A stretch of 62,046 nucleotides of DNA, counting the filler, from Dirinaria sp. TL-2023a (lineage: Eukaryota), in NCBI GenBank assembly GCA_051941275.1. It is 11 parts of 11 records of this genome, joined end to end, with 100 filler letters (N's around TTAATTAATTAA, not from the genome) between each part and the next. Parts side by side here need not be neighbours in the genome. Positions count along the whole stretch, not along the records: positions 33,955 to 39,502 come from JAVEBF010001640.1; positions 39,603 to 45,142 come from JAVEBF010001641.1; positions 45,243 to 50,780 come from JAVEBF010001642.1; positions 50,881 to 56,414 come from JAVEBF010001643.1; 7 more parts are not named here. The stretch is one strand, 5' to 3'. The notes beneath the pieces are model-generated. The model was not told the DNA's origin. It did no database searches and saw only the letters and a list, made by a program, of their open reading frames with translations. A program made the position numbers and the translations under genes. Positions 38,308 through 50,983 of this stretch are shown here, piece by piece; the first letter of the stretch is position 1, and each line of letters starts with the position of its first letter.

Positions 38308-39502
38308 ATGCCAGTCCGTATTGAAAAAGGTCTGTTTGATAATCTCCTGACGTACCTGAGATGGAAATTCTCATTATCTTCTTCAAGCCGTCCCCCTGTT
38401 CCAAAGAACCTTCACGCAGAGCGCCATCTCCACTCAAACCCGATGCTACTCCGCCCCAATCACCGGCGCCATACCGACCGCAAAGCAGAAATACGTCCCC
38501 AAAAGCGGCACCTACCCTAAAGGCTTCCTCGTCTCCGGGACCCACGTAGGCGTCAAACCGACCAACAAGAGCCTTCCCGACCTCGCCCTGCTGTACTCCG
38601 AAACCCCATGCTCCGGCGCCGCAGTGTTCACCAAGAACAAGTTCCAAGCCGCGCCCGTGACCGTCAGCCGCGAGGTGCTGCGAGAGCGGAATGGGGAGGG
38701 CATGCGGGCCATCGTGATCAACTCCGGGTGCGCGAACGCCGTGACTGGCAAAGGCGGTCTCGAAGACGCGCGCAGCATGGGACGGGCCGTGGACTCGTGT
38801 TCGGGGTCCTCGTCTCCTCCTCCTCCCATCAGCAGCAGCACGCTCGTGATGTCGACGGGCGTCATCGGCCAACGGCTACCCATATCCCGAATCCTCTCCG
38901 GCATCCCTGAGGCCTACTCATCCCTCTCCGCCACGCACGAAGCCTGGCTGCAAACCGCGCGCGCGATCTGCACAACAGACACCTTCCCGAAACTCGTCTC
39001 CACGTCATTCTCCCTGCCATCGTCCCCCTCAACAACCTACTCGCTCGCGGGAATGACCAAAGGCGCCGGCATGATCCACCCGAACATGGCCACGCTGCTG
39101 GGGATAATCTGCACGGACGCTGCGATCCCGGCCTCGATCCTGCAACCTCTCCTAACGCACGCAGTGGATCGCTCCTTCAACGCCATCTCCATCGACGGCG
39201 ACACCTCGACGAACGACACCGTAGCCTTACTCTCCAACGCCGCCGCAGGCGGCACACCAATCCCCTCACTCACCTCCGCAGACGGCCGAGCCATGACCGA
39301 GATCCTGACTCGCTTCACGCAACGGCTGGCGCAACTAGTAGTACGGGACGGGGAAGGCGCGACGAAGTTCGTGCGGGTCCGCGTCGTCAATTCGGGGTCA
39401 TACGACGACGCGAAACGCATCGCGAGCACCATCGCCCGCTCCCCGCTCGTCAAGACCGCCCTGTACGGCCGCGACGCTAACTGGGGCCGCATCCTCTGCG
39501 CC
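38308..39502 (+). CDS. ARG7: Mitochondrial ornithine acetyltransferase (ArgJ family), 3' end truncated
   Basis: [73 protein letters not shown] (autocleavage Thr), [26 protein letters not shown]. The first exon and intron (38330-38387) are inferred. Confidence 0.93.
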
Positions 39503-40012
39503 NNNNNNNNNNNNNNNNNNNNNNNNNNNNNNNNNNNNNNNNNNNNTTAATTAATTAANNNNNNNNNNNNNNNNNNNNNNNNNNNNNNNNNNNNNNNNNN
39601 NNGGAGTACGAGTGCCTTTCTTTTACCTCGGAATGATGAGGTATTGGGCCATTGAATAATGTACTGTAATGCCATGGCCGGTAAATAAGGTATCCTCATC
39701 ACACAAGTTTTTTATAAGACAAAGGTATACAGTACCAGTACCAGTACGAGTAAAGATACATAAGATATGCATGATCCTATTCTTTTTGTCCAGAGGTTTC
39801 TTTTTGCGCTCGCTCGCTTGTGCTTGAAACCCATCTACTTATCTACCTTACCTTACTCTAACTGAGAGTCAGTTTCCATGTTTCTCTCCTCCGTCGGGGT
39901 TTTTTGTTTAAAGATAAAATATCATCGCTTTGGTTCTGCTTCACTCTTCTAAACACTTGCCCGAAAGAAAATTCCAACCCACCCGCTCACTTGCTAATTC
40001 GCTCGACTCAGC

Positions 40013-42557
40013 TCACGCGACATCGAAATCCTCCTCCGCATCCCCGACATCATAATCCATGCCCTGTGCCGCCGCCCTATCCTTATTCTGCTCCGCTTCT
40101 TCTTCTTCTTCGGCTACTACACCCTCCATCTTTTCTCCTCCTCCTTCTGTTGGGTTGGGTTTATGGTTTGTGGAAACTTGACCAGAGGAGGGAGGAGAAG
40201 AGGCGGTGTTGGAGACCCATGCCATGTCGATTTTGCCCACGCTGGGGATGTCGCGCGTCCCGAAGAAGAAGGTCTCTGCTTGCGCGCGCTGTTTGAATGT
40301 TATGATGAGTTGTTGGGAGGAGGAGGAGGGAGGGGGAGAGGTTATGTCCTCGTATTCGCCTAGGGCCTGTTTGTTTTTTAAAAAAGAGATAGGGGGTTAG
40401 TAAAGTAGGTAGATTCAATTTTGTGATTGTAAGATGGATAAAGAGGGAGTGCAAATTCAAAAGGGTAAGTTTTTGTGGAGGGAGAGAAGGTATGGCTTAC
40501 CAGCAAATACTGTCTCAGCCCTTCATCCCTCTCAGGCGTCCATTCCACTCCGCTCACGCTGACCTTTCGGGGTCTCAGGTCCAGATTGTACCCTCCGAAG
40601 CCGCCGCCTCTTCCGCGGTACGTTCCACGCCCTCTCGCTTGGTAAGTTCCGCGAGAGCCAGCGAAGCCTTCCCAGCCCCGATAGGACCTACGCCCCCGCC
40701 CTCCTCGTCCACGCCCGTACGGAGGAGCGTTAAAGTCTTCGCTAAGCGCGTGATCAAGCCCCAGGCTCTTCGCTTCCGCTTCCAGAGCCGCGACTTGCTC
40801 TTTGAGCGCCTTCGTGCGCGCGGTGGCTGCGTCGTCTTTTTCGCCGTTTGTGGCGGTGGCGGTTCCATTTACTGCATCCGTTGTGGGTTTGGGTGGTGGC
40901 GGACTTCCCTGGCCTTTGGCCGCGAGCTTTTCCTGCAGTTTCCGCTTTTCTTCCGCTTGCCGTTTCGCCAGCTCCGCGGTCTGTTTTTCGAGAGCTTGGC
41001 GCTTCTCTTCCGAGTCTTTGAGCGCCGCTCGCTTCTCTTCGAGTTTCTTCTGCGCAGCTTCAGCGTCCCGCATGAACTTCTCTTTGTCGAATTCTGGCTC
41101 TGAGGGTGATGTGGTGGTGGTGGTTGGTTTGCCATTCGGTGAGGGTTCGGTCGGGAGCTGCGTCGTTGGTTTGTACCAAAAGACTTTGACGAAGCGGTTG
41201 TCAAAGATTACTTTTGGGCTGCTGTAAGCGTGATTGGCTCCAAACCAGTCGCGGAATTTCACAAGAGCGAGACGTTTGTAGGGTCGCATGTCTACTTCGT
41301 CGATCGTGCCAAACTGAGTGAAGAAGTTTCGGACGGATTGTTCATCGAAGTTCTCTTCTGGAATTTGCTCTACCACAACCGTGGTTATTGACCGATCATG
41401 ATTGGGACCGGCATGTGAGAAATCGGCACGGTTTTTCCGGCCTGGAGTGTAGCCACCTCGATCGCCTCTACCTCTGCCTCTGGCCCCACCACGAGCGTGG
41501 CCATTGGTGTGAGGATCGCTCAAGGGGGAATTGAGGCCTTGCGGTATCGTAGGCAACATCTGGACATCGGTCATGACGGCGTTCTTAGGATCGTATTCCT
41601 GGTCAGGCATCATCACGCTGTTTTCGTGCTGAAAGGGGCAATTGACACCTCGCGTGCAATAGCCTTTGGTGTCGTAATCTCTACAGCGGGCGTTGATCTT
41701 GTTCTTGACCGGCTGTCCAGGCGATCCCTGTCCGTACTGTGGTACTGGTGGAGAGCCTGCTTGAGGAAAAGGAGGCATGCCAGGGAGAGGGGGAAGGCCC
41801 ATTGCTTGCATAGCCGTCATCATGGCCATGGGGTCGTCAAAGCTACCAGGCGGAGGAGGAGGTAATGGCATGCCCTGGAAGCTGGGACCGGAGGGCGGTG
41901 GCGCTCCATGGCTCATAGGTGGTGGATGGTAGTTTCCACGACCGCGTCCTCCGAGGGTATCGCCTCGGTTTCCTCTGCCACCACCTCGTCGCATTTGTTT
42001 GAACTGCCTTTCGCCTCGTCCATGGCCAGTGTCTTCGCTGCCTCCACCCTCGGTGCTCTCATTGTAAGAGCGCTTTCGGGCTTGCTGAGGAGCGCCAGAG
42101 ATATAGTTCGTAGGTGCAGGTTGTGCAGTGAAAGCGCTAGGCGCTGACGGTGGATCCAAAGGAGCAGACGTTGGAGCGGCTGGTTGCTGTTGTACGTAGC
42201 CAGGCATGTAAGATTTCGCATGCATGATCGTGAAGAGCTCATCGACAAAAGCCTTCGTCTCTGTATACATTAGTCCAGCGCTAAGGATCCACAAGAACGT
42301 GGGTGGTATCCGTTACTCACTTTCCTGCAAGAAATCTTCAAGATTCTCGATCGCATTTGCCCTTAGCTCCGGCTCCGGGGTCTCGACACGAACCAGTGCC
42401 AATACATAGTCGGCCAGCACGTCTGAGTCGGCATCCGAGCTGTTGTGCCATCAGCATGTTCTGTCAATCAATTGAGAGATTCAGAGCCCTACATATCGGT
42501 CAACTTTTGAACCACCCATTGCTTCAGATGACCAGCTTCTGGATCGGTGATGATCAT
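40013..42557 (-). CDS. RBM26/RBM27-like RNA-binding protein (PWI, CCCH zinc finger, RRM, coiled coil, RGG)
   Basis: PWI-like LKQWVVQKLTDI/SDADSDVLADYVLAL...LEDFL; CCCH CRDYDTKGYCTRGVNCPFQH; RRM TVVVEQIPEE...FFTQFGTI...PKVIFDNRFVKVFW; second RRM-like LDLRPRKVSV. Ends EEDFDVA*. Confidence 0.88.
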
Positions 42558-43258
42558 CGTGAGAATTTTCCCCCAGTACAGATCCGGGATGGGCACTTCC
42601 TCTTCTTCGCTGAACAAACACCTGTCTCCTGGAATATAAGTATCCCATACGGGACTTTGGCCAAAACGCGCCATTGATTTTGATTGGTGTTTCGGTGAGT
42701 AGTTTTTCCGGGTCCGTGCTGGAATTCAAGTACGTGGAAATTTGTTAGGGTAGCAGGGGAGGAGGCTGCAAATAACAAGCTAGAATACCTTAATCATCCA
42801 CAAACAACATATCAGGTTGTGGTGAATGAACGACTGCACAATAATGATGCAAGTCTTGGATGGTTCACCAACTAGAGTTGATTTTTGCAATCATGCATTC
42901 ACAGAGCTAACATCCTACAATCCTCATAATGAATACCCTTCCATCTTCAATTTCATCCTTCTCTGGGCAGACACAATACTGGGTCTCATGCAATTACGCA
43001 GGTAGAAAATGCGACTCTGATGAACAAAAAACTTTTTGGCAAGCTCCCTGGCAGAAGGTTCTTTCCCGGGCCAAGTTCAGCTGATCAGCCGTCTACCCCT
43101 TAACTAACATTGCGCGTTCTGGCCCTTGAGCACTCGGTCAGGTAGCCAGAAGAGGATCGAGGTTTCCTCCATGACTTCAGTAATAGCCTTAAGCGCGTTT
43201 TCGGCCCTTCATCATCTTACCGTATTATCATTGGTACCCAAATGTACCTCCGATCTCC

Positions 43259-44082
43259 TTAAAACTTTTCCTGAGCAGGCCTCAAATCCAGCTCATGCGT
43301 CCACAAAGTGGGCTCCTGCTGACTCAACCACAAATACGTCTTTCCTACCGCTTCGGCGCTCATCGTCTTTCCACTTCTCTGCGCCTCTGTATCCTCGTCT
43401 TTAATACCCCCATTAGCAATTGTATGTACGACTTGGATCCCCTTCTCGCTATACTCCTTCGCTAGGCCCTGTGCCAGCATCCTGACGCTTGCCCTGGACG
43501 CACCATATGCGCTGAACTGCGCGTTGGTTCGTAAAGCACCTAGAGTGCCTGTGAAGATCAGTGTACCCTTTTTCTCACCGCCATCAGCAAGAGGTTTATC
43601 GCCATGATGCTCAAAGAGAAGTCTTATGGTCTCTTGTGCAAACGCCATTGCGCCGCCGACATAGGTGTCAAGGCTAGAGGTAAAGTCCTCGTATGTCTCA
43701 TCCAAGAAGGGTTTCTTGGATGCATGCTTCACGCTGTAGACGGAGACTTTGAGCTTCAGGTTTGCGAAAGAAGGCTGGGCTCGGATATCGGCAAAGGCTT
43801 TGGAGAGCGAGGCAGGCGACGTGTCTGTGGGAAATGTCTCGACGGTCGCATTTTGGGTTTCGGAGCGAAGTTTAGAAGCGAGAGATTTGAGACTCTCAGG
43901 ATTGCGAGCTAGAAGAGCAACAGCAAGATTTCCGTGGGATGGATGGGCAAGGATCCTCGCTATACCGGCACCCTGACAAGTACAGAATCAGCTTCGCACA
44001 TCCAAATAGAGATCTAAGAAGAGCATCAAAATACAGTAGTAGGACCAGCGCCAATAAGAATTGCAAGACCTGCGGGCGCCAT
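43259..44082 (-). CDS. Short-chain dehydrogenase/reductase, 2 exons
   Basis: MAPAGLAILIGAGPTT|GAGIARIL (Rossmann motif split by an intron), TLIFTGTLGALR, FSAYGASRASVR, LWTHELDLRPAQEKF*. Confidence 0.85.
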
Positions 44083-44214
44083 GGGTTGTGACGGGCCAAA
44101 TCGAACATTAAAACACGAAAGAAAACACAATTCGAACTACGACTCCATCGCTACTTTATTCTACCTCAATAAGATATTTTCAACCTCTGGAACTGTGCAG
44201 TAATGACGTAAAGT

Positions 44215-44600
44215 CGGCAGCAACGATGCATGGAGTGCAAACAGAGCAAACTTCTGTTTTTGGCTGGAACGTGAACTGCTCTGCTCTCCTCTCTGCTATT
44301 CCGCAAGCCACCTCCTGAAGCAAGGTACACACTCTGGGTTTTTCCTGGACACTCGTCATTAAGGTATGTACCAATGTTGTTCTAATCGTGTTGCTGGTAT
44401 CTCTCATTCTTTCATTCAAGAGTCAATGGCTTTGAGATCATTGCTTTACGCATTTATACACAAACTCTAAGGTACATTACCTATGAAAGGATCGCTATCC
44501 GATATTTTTACCATTATCCACTAGGAGCTTAGCCGTCTCGAGTCGAGATTGAGTGCACGAAAGTAAAGGCGGGCAACTGAGAGAAAGGGTTCCCAGCCAA
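44215..44600 (-). pseudogene. Possible degraded ankyrin-repeat gene remnant
   Basis: Fragments PPLLSCTQSRLETAKLLVDNGKNI, TLLQEVACG and TPCIVAA resemble ankyrin consensus pieces and lie in separate short ORFs. Confidence 0.3.
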
Positions 44601-45562
44601 TGTGATATAGATATCAGCATTGTCACTTCGAACTCATCCACCCACAGTCCTTTGGCAAAAGTCGCATGCTTTCGGAGCTTTTTTTTTTTGGCTACCTCAA
44701 GAGAAGCGCTTTGCCCCCTTAGAGATCTTGACATGCTAGACAGCAATATATTTGTTATCATTTTGAAATTCCTGGAACACCTCTTATAGTAGACATCACC
44801 TAGATTTTGATGGTAAAGTCTATCCCGAGCTGTTCTACACCTACCAAAGAGGGAGGGGGGGGGAACACCGATTTTCAACATCACGCACTATTAAGCTCTT
44901 TTAAAGCCACCATACCGACAAACTCCCTCATCAAGCATCTCTGAGCGTTGATTGTCAATATCTCAAAATCTCATGCTCATACGCAACTCATTATTATCAT
45001 AAGGTAGATAATATCCCACCTCCGCCAAGCCCAGCCAAGCCAACCGAAAACACCTCCCCTCATTCCCCCCTCCCCAGCACTTCCACCAACCATATCCCCC
45101 AAAAAATATTCTCTCCAAAAGAAAAAAAAAAAAAGAAAAAAANNNNNNNNNNNNNNNNNNNNNNNNNNNNNNNNNNNNNNNNNNNNTTAATTAATTAANN
45201 NNNNNNNNNNNNNNNNNNNNNNNNNNNNNNNNNNNNNNNNNNGGAGGGGGGGGGGGGGGAAGGGAAGAGGCAGGGCAGTTGGTGGTATCGAGGGCTTTGG
45301 TCATGTACGGTTGATCTGTGGTGGATGTTGGGGTCGAGGAGATGGGGTCAGATCTGGGGGAGGAGGAAGGTGCAGGCAGACAGAGAAACGAGGCTGAGGC
45401 TGGATCGAAATGACGAGGCGCGGTATGAGAAAAAACGGTAATTCGCTCTTTAATCAAGCCTCGACGCAGTCCATTTACCTCTCAACTGCGTTTCTGCAGA
45501 TTCATGTAAGCCCATCCTCCCCATCCCCATCCCCATGCTCTCGCCCTTCTCAAGATCCTTGA

Positions 45563-46360
45563 TCACGCCATCCCCCCATTGATCCTCAAATTCTGCCCCA
45601 AAACCCAACGACTGTCGTTCCCGCACAAGAACGCAATCCCATCCGCCACCTCCTCCGGCTCGCCGATCCTGCCCACGGGGTTCATGCTCGAGAGCATCTT
45701 GATCGTCTGCTCATTCTGGTTCCTGAGGAACAGTTCCGTGCCAGTGGGGCCGGGCGAGACGGCGTTGACGCAGATGCCCTTGCGGCCGAGATCCTTGGAC
45801 ATGACGCGCACCATTTGCTCGATCGCGCCTTTGGTGGCGAGGTAGGGGAGGTAGGGGGGCATGACGGTCGATGCGGCGGTTAGGGTCGTGGAGATGAGGA
45901 CGATGTGAGAGCCGGAGGGCATGTGAGGGACTGCTTTCTGTTGGACCACATCATAGCGGTTAGCCAGGTCAACGTAAGTGGGTAGGGGAGTATGTACCTG
46001 GGCTAGAAAGTACGGCCCCTTGACGTTCAGCGCGAAGATCTTGTCAAAGAGCTCTTCGCTTGTTGCCTCCAGGGGGCTCATGGGGAGCAGCCCGGCGCAG
46101 GGGATGAGGATGTCGATCTTTCCAAAGGCCTTGACGGTCTGTTGCACCATGGCATCGATCTCGGCAACATTGCTGGCGTCGGCTTTGATGGCGGCTGCCT
46201 TGTCGGTGCCGATCTGCTTGACGACTTCCTCGGCAGCTCCAGCGTCAGAGCTGTAGTTGATCACGACGCGGGCACCGTCTCGGGCGAGGCGGAGGGCGGT
46301 AGCCTTGCCGATGCCCTTGGATGCACCGGTGATGAGGGCGACTTTGCCTGCGAGACTCAT
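45563..46360 (-). CDS. Classical SDR (FabG/hydroxynaphthalene-reductase-like), one 60-nt intron (45997-45938)
   Basis: MSLAGKVALITGASKGIG, catalytic YLATK, VNAVSPGPTGT, GQNLRINGGMA*. The intron GTACAT...GCTAAC...CAG is in frame. Confidence 0.9.
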   Translation of the reverse strand: MSLAGKVALITGASKGIGKATALRLARDGARVVINYSSDAGAAEEVVKQIGTDKAAAIKADASNVAEIDAMVQQTVKAFGKIDILIPCAGLLPMSPLEATSEELFDKIFALNVKGPYFLAQVHTPLPTYVDLANRYDVVQQKAVPHMPSGSHIVLISTTLTAASTVMPPYLPYLATKGAIEQMVRVMSKDLGRKGICVNAVSPGPTGTELFLRNQNEQTIKMLSSMNPVGRIGEPEEVADGIAFLCGNDSRWVLGQNLRINGGMA

Positions 46361-47977
46361 GGTGGGGGTGGTTGAGAGATGCTTTTCTTGGTGAGAGCTT
46401 GGGTTTTCTGAGGGGACTGATTTGTCGGAAGGTGAGTGAGAGGGTTCGCAGTGACCGTGTTCGTGGTTGTGAAGTGGGCGAGAGACGAGTTGCTTGATTG
46501 CTTGCTTCATTGACCGATGGCGGGCTGGAATCTGAAGTCTGAAGTCTGAGCTACGGCTGCCGAGGCTTGGTTATTTGAGGAGCAGGTCATGTAAGAGTGA
46601 GCACACGTACGTACCTTAAGTGATAGCTGAGGGAGAAAGAGGAAGTGAAGTTGCTTCAGCTGAGAGTTGTTCGTGGTCTCGATCCTTCCATTCCTTATAT
46701 TTTACTCGGGATCCGCTATTCCACATTGGGAGCAGGCAGAAACGCTGTGTCACCTCGTCTTGAATTGCTTCCATTATTGCCAACACTGCCTCAAGCAAAA
46801 GGAGACGAAGAGGATGGAGACCGGGTGAGAGCGATGAACGTGGGAAGGGATGAAATGCAGCCGAAGCTGCACCGCAGGTCTAGTGTATGCTTAGTCAGCT
46901 CGGCCCTGATTGGTCGGATGGGAAAAGCCTCTTCGACCAACGACAGACGCCAAAATCATATGGTAAGATACGATTGTTACATCACAACATCACTACACCA
47001 CAACATACTTTATCATCCCTTCTCCGCGTTCGGATCTGACCGACGCGTCTGTGGAATCATGCAATTGGCAGCCACGGAGTAGGCAATCTTCTGAGCCCCC
47101 AACGCGCCTGCATCGACGTGGCTTGCTAGAATGGCCAGGATATCCAAAACCGATATCAAAGGCGAGACGTCTGAGCCTACCCGATTCGACGTCTGATGGT
47201 CCTCACTAAGGACTACGGTCCGGCCCAGAGCGTTTGTACCTATCGATCCTCCGAGTAAGGGTGTGACTTCCAGAGTAATATGCATAAAGTCCCCGCCAAG
47301 GTCTGCCTGTTACTCCGGACCATGATCAGCCTCACCCATTCCGATGATCATCCATGATCCATCCCGATGACAAGAGGCATACCAAGCATCCAATGCACTC
47401 CATGCTTGCAACTCGCGTGGCCTTTGCATCTGCAGGCTGCAAGGTCCCGTTGATTTGGCGAATTCGGAAGGATGATCAGAGCCGCACAGCGAGGATGATG
47501 TAAACTGTGAGAACCGCGGAGCAATCGTGGCAAAGTCATTATTGATCATGGAATACGTATGAAACGATCCTGTTTCAACAATAGATGCCTCGTGTTGACC
47601 TCCGTCCCGCCCAAGGGACGGAGGTAGACAAACCAACATCAGCCACGGCTTATTCCTATCAACAACGCCAGCGGGCTGAACCTTTTCGTCTCACACCACA
47701 ATATTGCTGTGCCTTTGCCTTGTTCCCGTCACGAGCTATTCAGTCATCAGCTCCGTTGGATCTTCGCTCGGGGCCGTGATGATGGAGGGCACTGTGATCT
47801 GCTTTGTCTATATATTCTGTGATGTGTTTGGTTTCTGTCTATCAACGCTCCAAGGTGGTTCAATTCTCTCTTCTAGGTCTCTGCAGCTGAACATCACTAC
47901 ACTCACTTTCTCGCCGTCATTCTTTTCGATAGTCCACTCGTTTCAAGTTCAGCATCTACCAGAGCTATCTCAACGTC

Positions 47978-49741
47978 ATGTTCCTCAAATCTGTTGCAGC
48001 ATGCCTCGGCCTTCTAGCAGCAACAACATTATCTGCACCCACCGCTGAAGGGACAACCCGACTTGACACCTTCGAGAAGCGTGATGTGGCCTCCGAGCTA
48101 GCACCTCGTCTATCTCACGGCGCATCGATTGTCTTTCCTCAGGATCCCAATTGGCAGCAGGTATCAGAACGATGGACCAAGTACCAAGCGCCTTCCTTTA
48201 AGGTGGCAATTTTGCCCGCCTCGGAGGACGATGTCCGCCAAATCGTAAGGGGTATCTTCGGTACAATTACGAGCATCAGCTCATAGAGAACAGGTCAATT
48301 ATGCAGTCTCTCGGAATATTGACTTTCTGGCCCAGAACGGACGCCATGGATACGCCCCAGAGCTCCAGAACATCCAACAGGGTATCTTGATCAACATGGA
48401 ACAACTCGACCAGGTGACTATCGATCAAAAGACTGGCATTGTCACAATCGGCGGCGGGACTGTATATGAGCAAGCCATTAACGCCACACACGCTGCAGGT
48501 AGAGAGATGAGTAAGTGATGTTACACTGGTTCCCTATCCACAGCTAATCCAGACTCAGCCGTTGGCTCTTGCCCTTGTGTCGGTGTGCTCGGAGCCGGTC
48601 TCGGTGGCGGTCATGGCCGACTCCAAGGCCTTCATGGCATGAGCATCGACTCCATGCGCCGTATGCGTGTCGTGCTTGCCAACGGCAAAGCCATCAACGT
48701 CTCTCCCACCGAAAATTCAGATCTCTGGTGGGGGATCCGTGGCGCCGGACAGAACTTCGGGATCGTTATTGAAGCCGACTTCCAAACCTCACCTCAAGTC
48801 CCCCAAGGAACGCACTACGACGTAGAGATGCAGTTCGCAGACTCCCAATTGGAAGCCGTATTCAAGCTCCTAAATCAACAGATCACAGCTCCCCTTCCCC
48901 CTCAACTGGCCATTGACATCACCTTCGGCGCCAACACCACCACCCTCAAAGTAAGTCCCCTCCTCTCCCCTCGCCTCGCCCTTCCCCAGCATCCAATCTA
49001 ACCCTCCAACCAGCCCGTCATAGCCGTCAACTTCGTCTACGCTGGCCCGCAATCCGCCGGCCGGAATTACTCCGCCCCCTGGAAAGCGCTCAACCCGCTC
49101 ACCTTCGTCGAAGCCAACTTCCCCTGGAACGAGCTCCCCTTCAAAGCCGCCAACGGCCTCATTGCCGCCCAATGCCTCAAATACGGCTTCAAAAACACCT
49201 ACAGCGTGAACCTCAACACCTTCGACATCCCAACCATGCGCGCCGTATATCAATCCTGGGGCACGTTCCTCGCCGCGAACCCGAATGTCAATGCCAGCAC
49301 CGTGCTGTTCGAAGTGTATGGCCAGGAAGCCGTGCGCCAGGCGCCCAGCGCTGGAAGCGCGTTTCCAAACAGGGCCACTTCGGCGATCTTGACGTGTGTT
49401 TTCCCTTCTCCCCTCTCTCCCTCCACCCATCTATCCCTCGCCCACCGATCAAACTGACTTTCCATCTTCACAGCGTCATAACGTCCTGGTACACCAACCC
49501 CGCCCTCTCCCGCACCGTCGACACCTGGACATCCAACCTCCGCGCCCAAATGGCGCGCACCAGCGGCTTCGACAAGCTCCATGTCTACCAGAACTACGCG
49601 CACTCGGAGCCTGTGCAGGCCTTCTATGGCTATGAGGCATGGCGCTTGCCGAGGCTGCAGGGCCTGAAGAAGAAGTTTGATCCGAGGAACGTGTTTGGGA
49701 ATTATCATCCTATTCCTCTGCCGGCGAGCGGGGGGCATTGA
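47978..49741 (+). CDS. Secreted FAD-linked oxidoreductase (berberine-bridge-enzyme/VAO family), about 5 exons
   Basis: Signal peptide MFLKSVAACLGLLAATTLS; FLAQNGRHG, GSCPCVGVLGAGLGGGHGRLQGLHG, DLWWGIRGAGQNFGIV; BBE C-terminus YQNYAH...YGYEAWRLPRLQGLKKKFDP. Confidence 0.9.
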
Positions 49742-50880
49742 GGGGATTTTTGATGGAGAGCGGAAAGGAGGGCAGGAGTCGAGTGGGAATGGCAGAGGGG
49801 ATGACGGGGCGTTCTCTTGCGCGGGGCGCATGGGATGGGATAGGATGAAATGAGAGAGAGAAAGCTTGATTTGAGGTTTTGGACTTGCTATTTCGTTTTT
49901 TTTTTTTTTTTTTTTGGTTTTTTTTCAGTTCAACTCGTCTTATTATTCCAGCACCGCTCTGCGATTTTGTTAGTTAGCCGTTATTGTCATTCATGTTGCG
50001 AAACTGCGTTCCGTTCCGTTCGGTTCCGTTCTGCAATGTATGTATGTATGTATTACTTACCTACCTACCTATCTACCTAGCTCTATTACTCGATCTCTTG
50101 AATTATTTTCATTTTCCAGTTTCAGGTTCAGATATTTTTTGCGCGCGATTGTTCTGAGCCATGAACCACCGAATCGGCGAGCAAGATTGTTTTCTCATCC
50201 TATTCTATTCTATTCTACATACATACATCCCCCCCCAATCTACCTTACTTTTTTGTCCCACCTACCTAGCCTAGCCTAGCCTAGCCTCCTAGGGTTACGT
50301 AAAATGTCCTCCCCCTTCTAAAATGAAATATGCCTTCCTTCTACCTGCATTAAATGCAATCGATTCAAAAATAATTCTGATATATATATATATTTTCGTT
50401 TTTTTGGGGGGGGCAAATTCGAATGCTTCAAGACTGAAGATGGATACGAAGTGGTCTGCATACTGCCGTATGTAGTAGCTCTGACTAACTAAGGTAAGGT
50501 AGTCGTTTATCTTATCTATCTTGAAGTAAGCTATTGTAGTAAATAACTAGGTACATTACCTGATTTCCCACGCGAGACTGTGAGACTGTGATACTGATAT
50601 TAACCCCCCCTTCCTTCCTTCCTTCCTTCCACCCTCCATCGCATAGATTCATTATCCGAAATATTTGTCTCTTGAATCGATGCATCGAAGCATTTAGAAG
50701 TAGGAGCTTCTTTTTTATTGATGATAGGGGGGGTTTGGTCCATTGAGTTGAGGAACTCTGGGAAGGGAGAAGGGGAAGGANNNNNNNNNNNNNNNNNNNN
50801 NNNNNNNNNNNNNNNNNNNNNNNNTTAATTAATTAANNNNNNNNNNNNNNNNNNNNNNNNNNNNNNNNNNNNNNNNNNNN

Positions 50881-50983
50881 GGGCGTACAATACACAGACG
50901 ATGGGGCCTTTGGGGGTTGTGTTGGAGGGGTGAGAGGTTGAGGAGGAGGTAATGAGGGATGAGGATGGTTCGGCGGAAGCCAT
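50881..50983 (-). CDS. First exon of a probable LOG-family phosphoribohydrolase, truncated by the gap
   Basis: ATG at 50983 gives MASAEPSSSLITSSSTSHPSNTTPKGPIVCV(F), then a GTACGC donor. This fits the 'VCVFCG' start of fungal LOG proteins, but only a few diagnostic residues are visible. Confidence 0.45.

Noticed and set aside
38291..42147. Long antisense ORFs over ARG7 and the RBM26-like gene
   Set aside because: Expected from GC-rich codon usage on the coding strand; no independent motifs.
43259..46360. Two neighbouring SDR genes as a cluster
   Set aside because: They are on different contigs separated by an artificial spacer.
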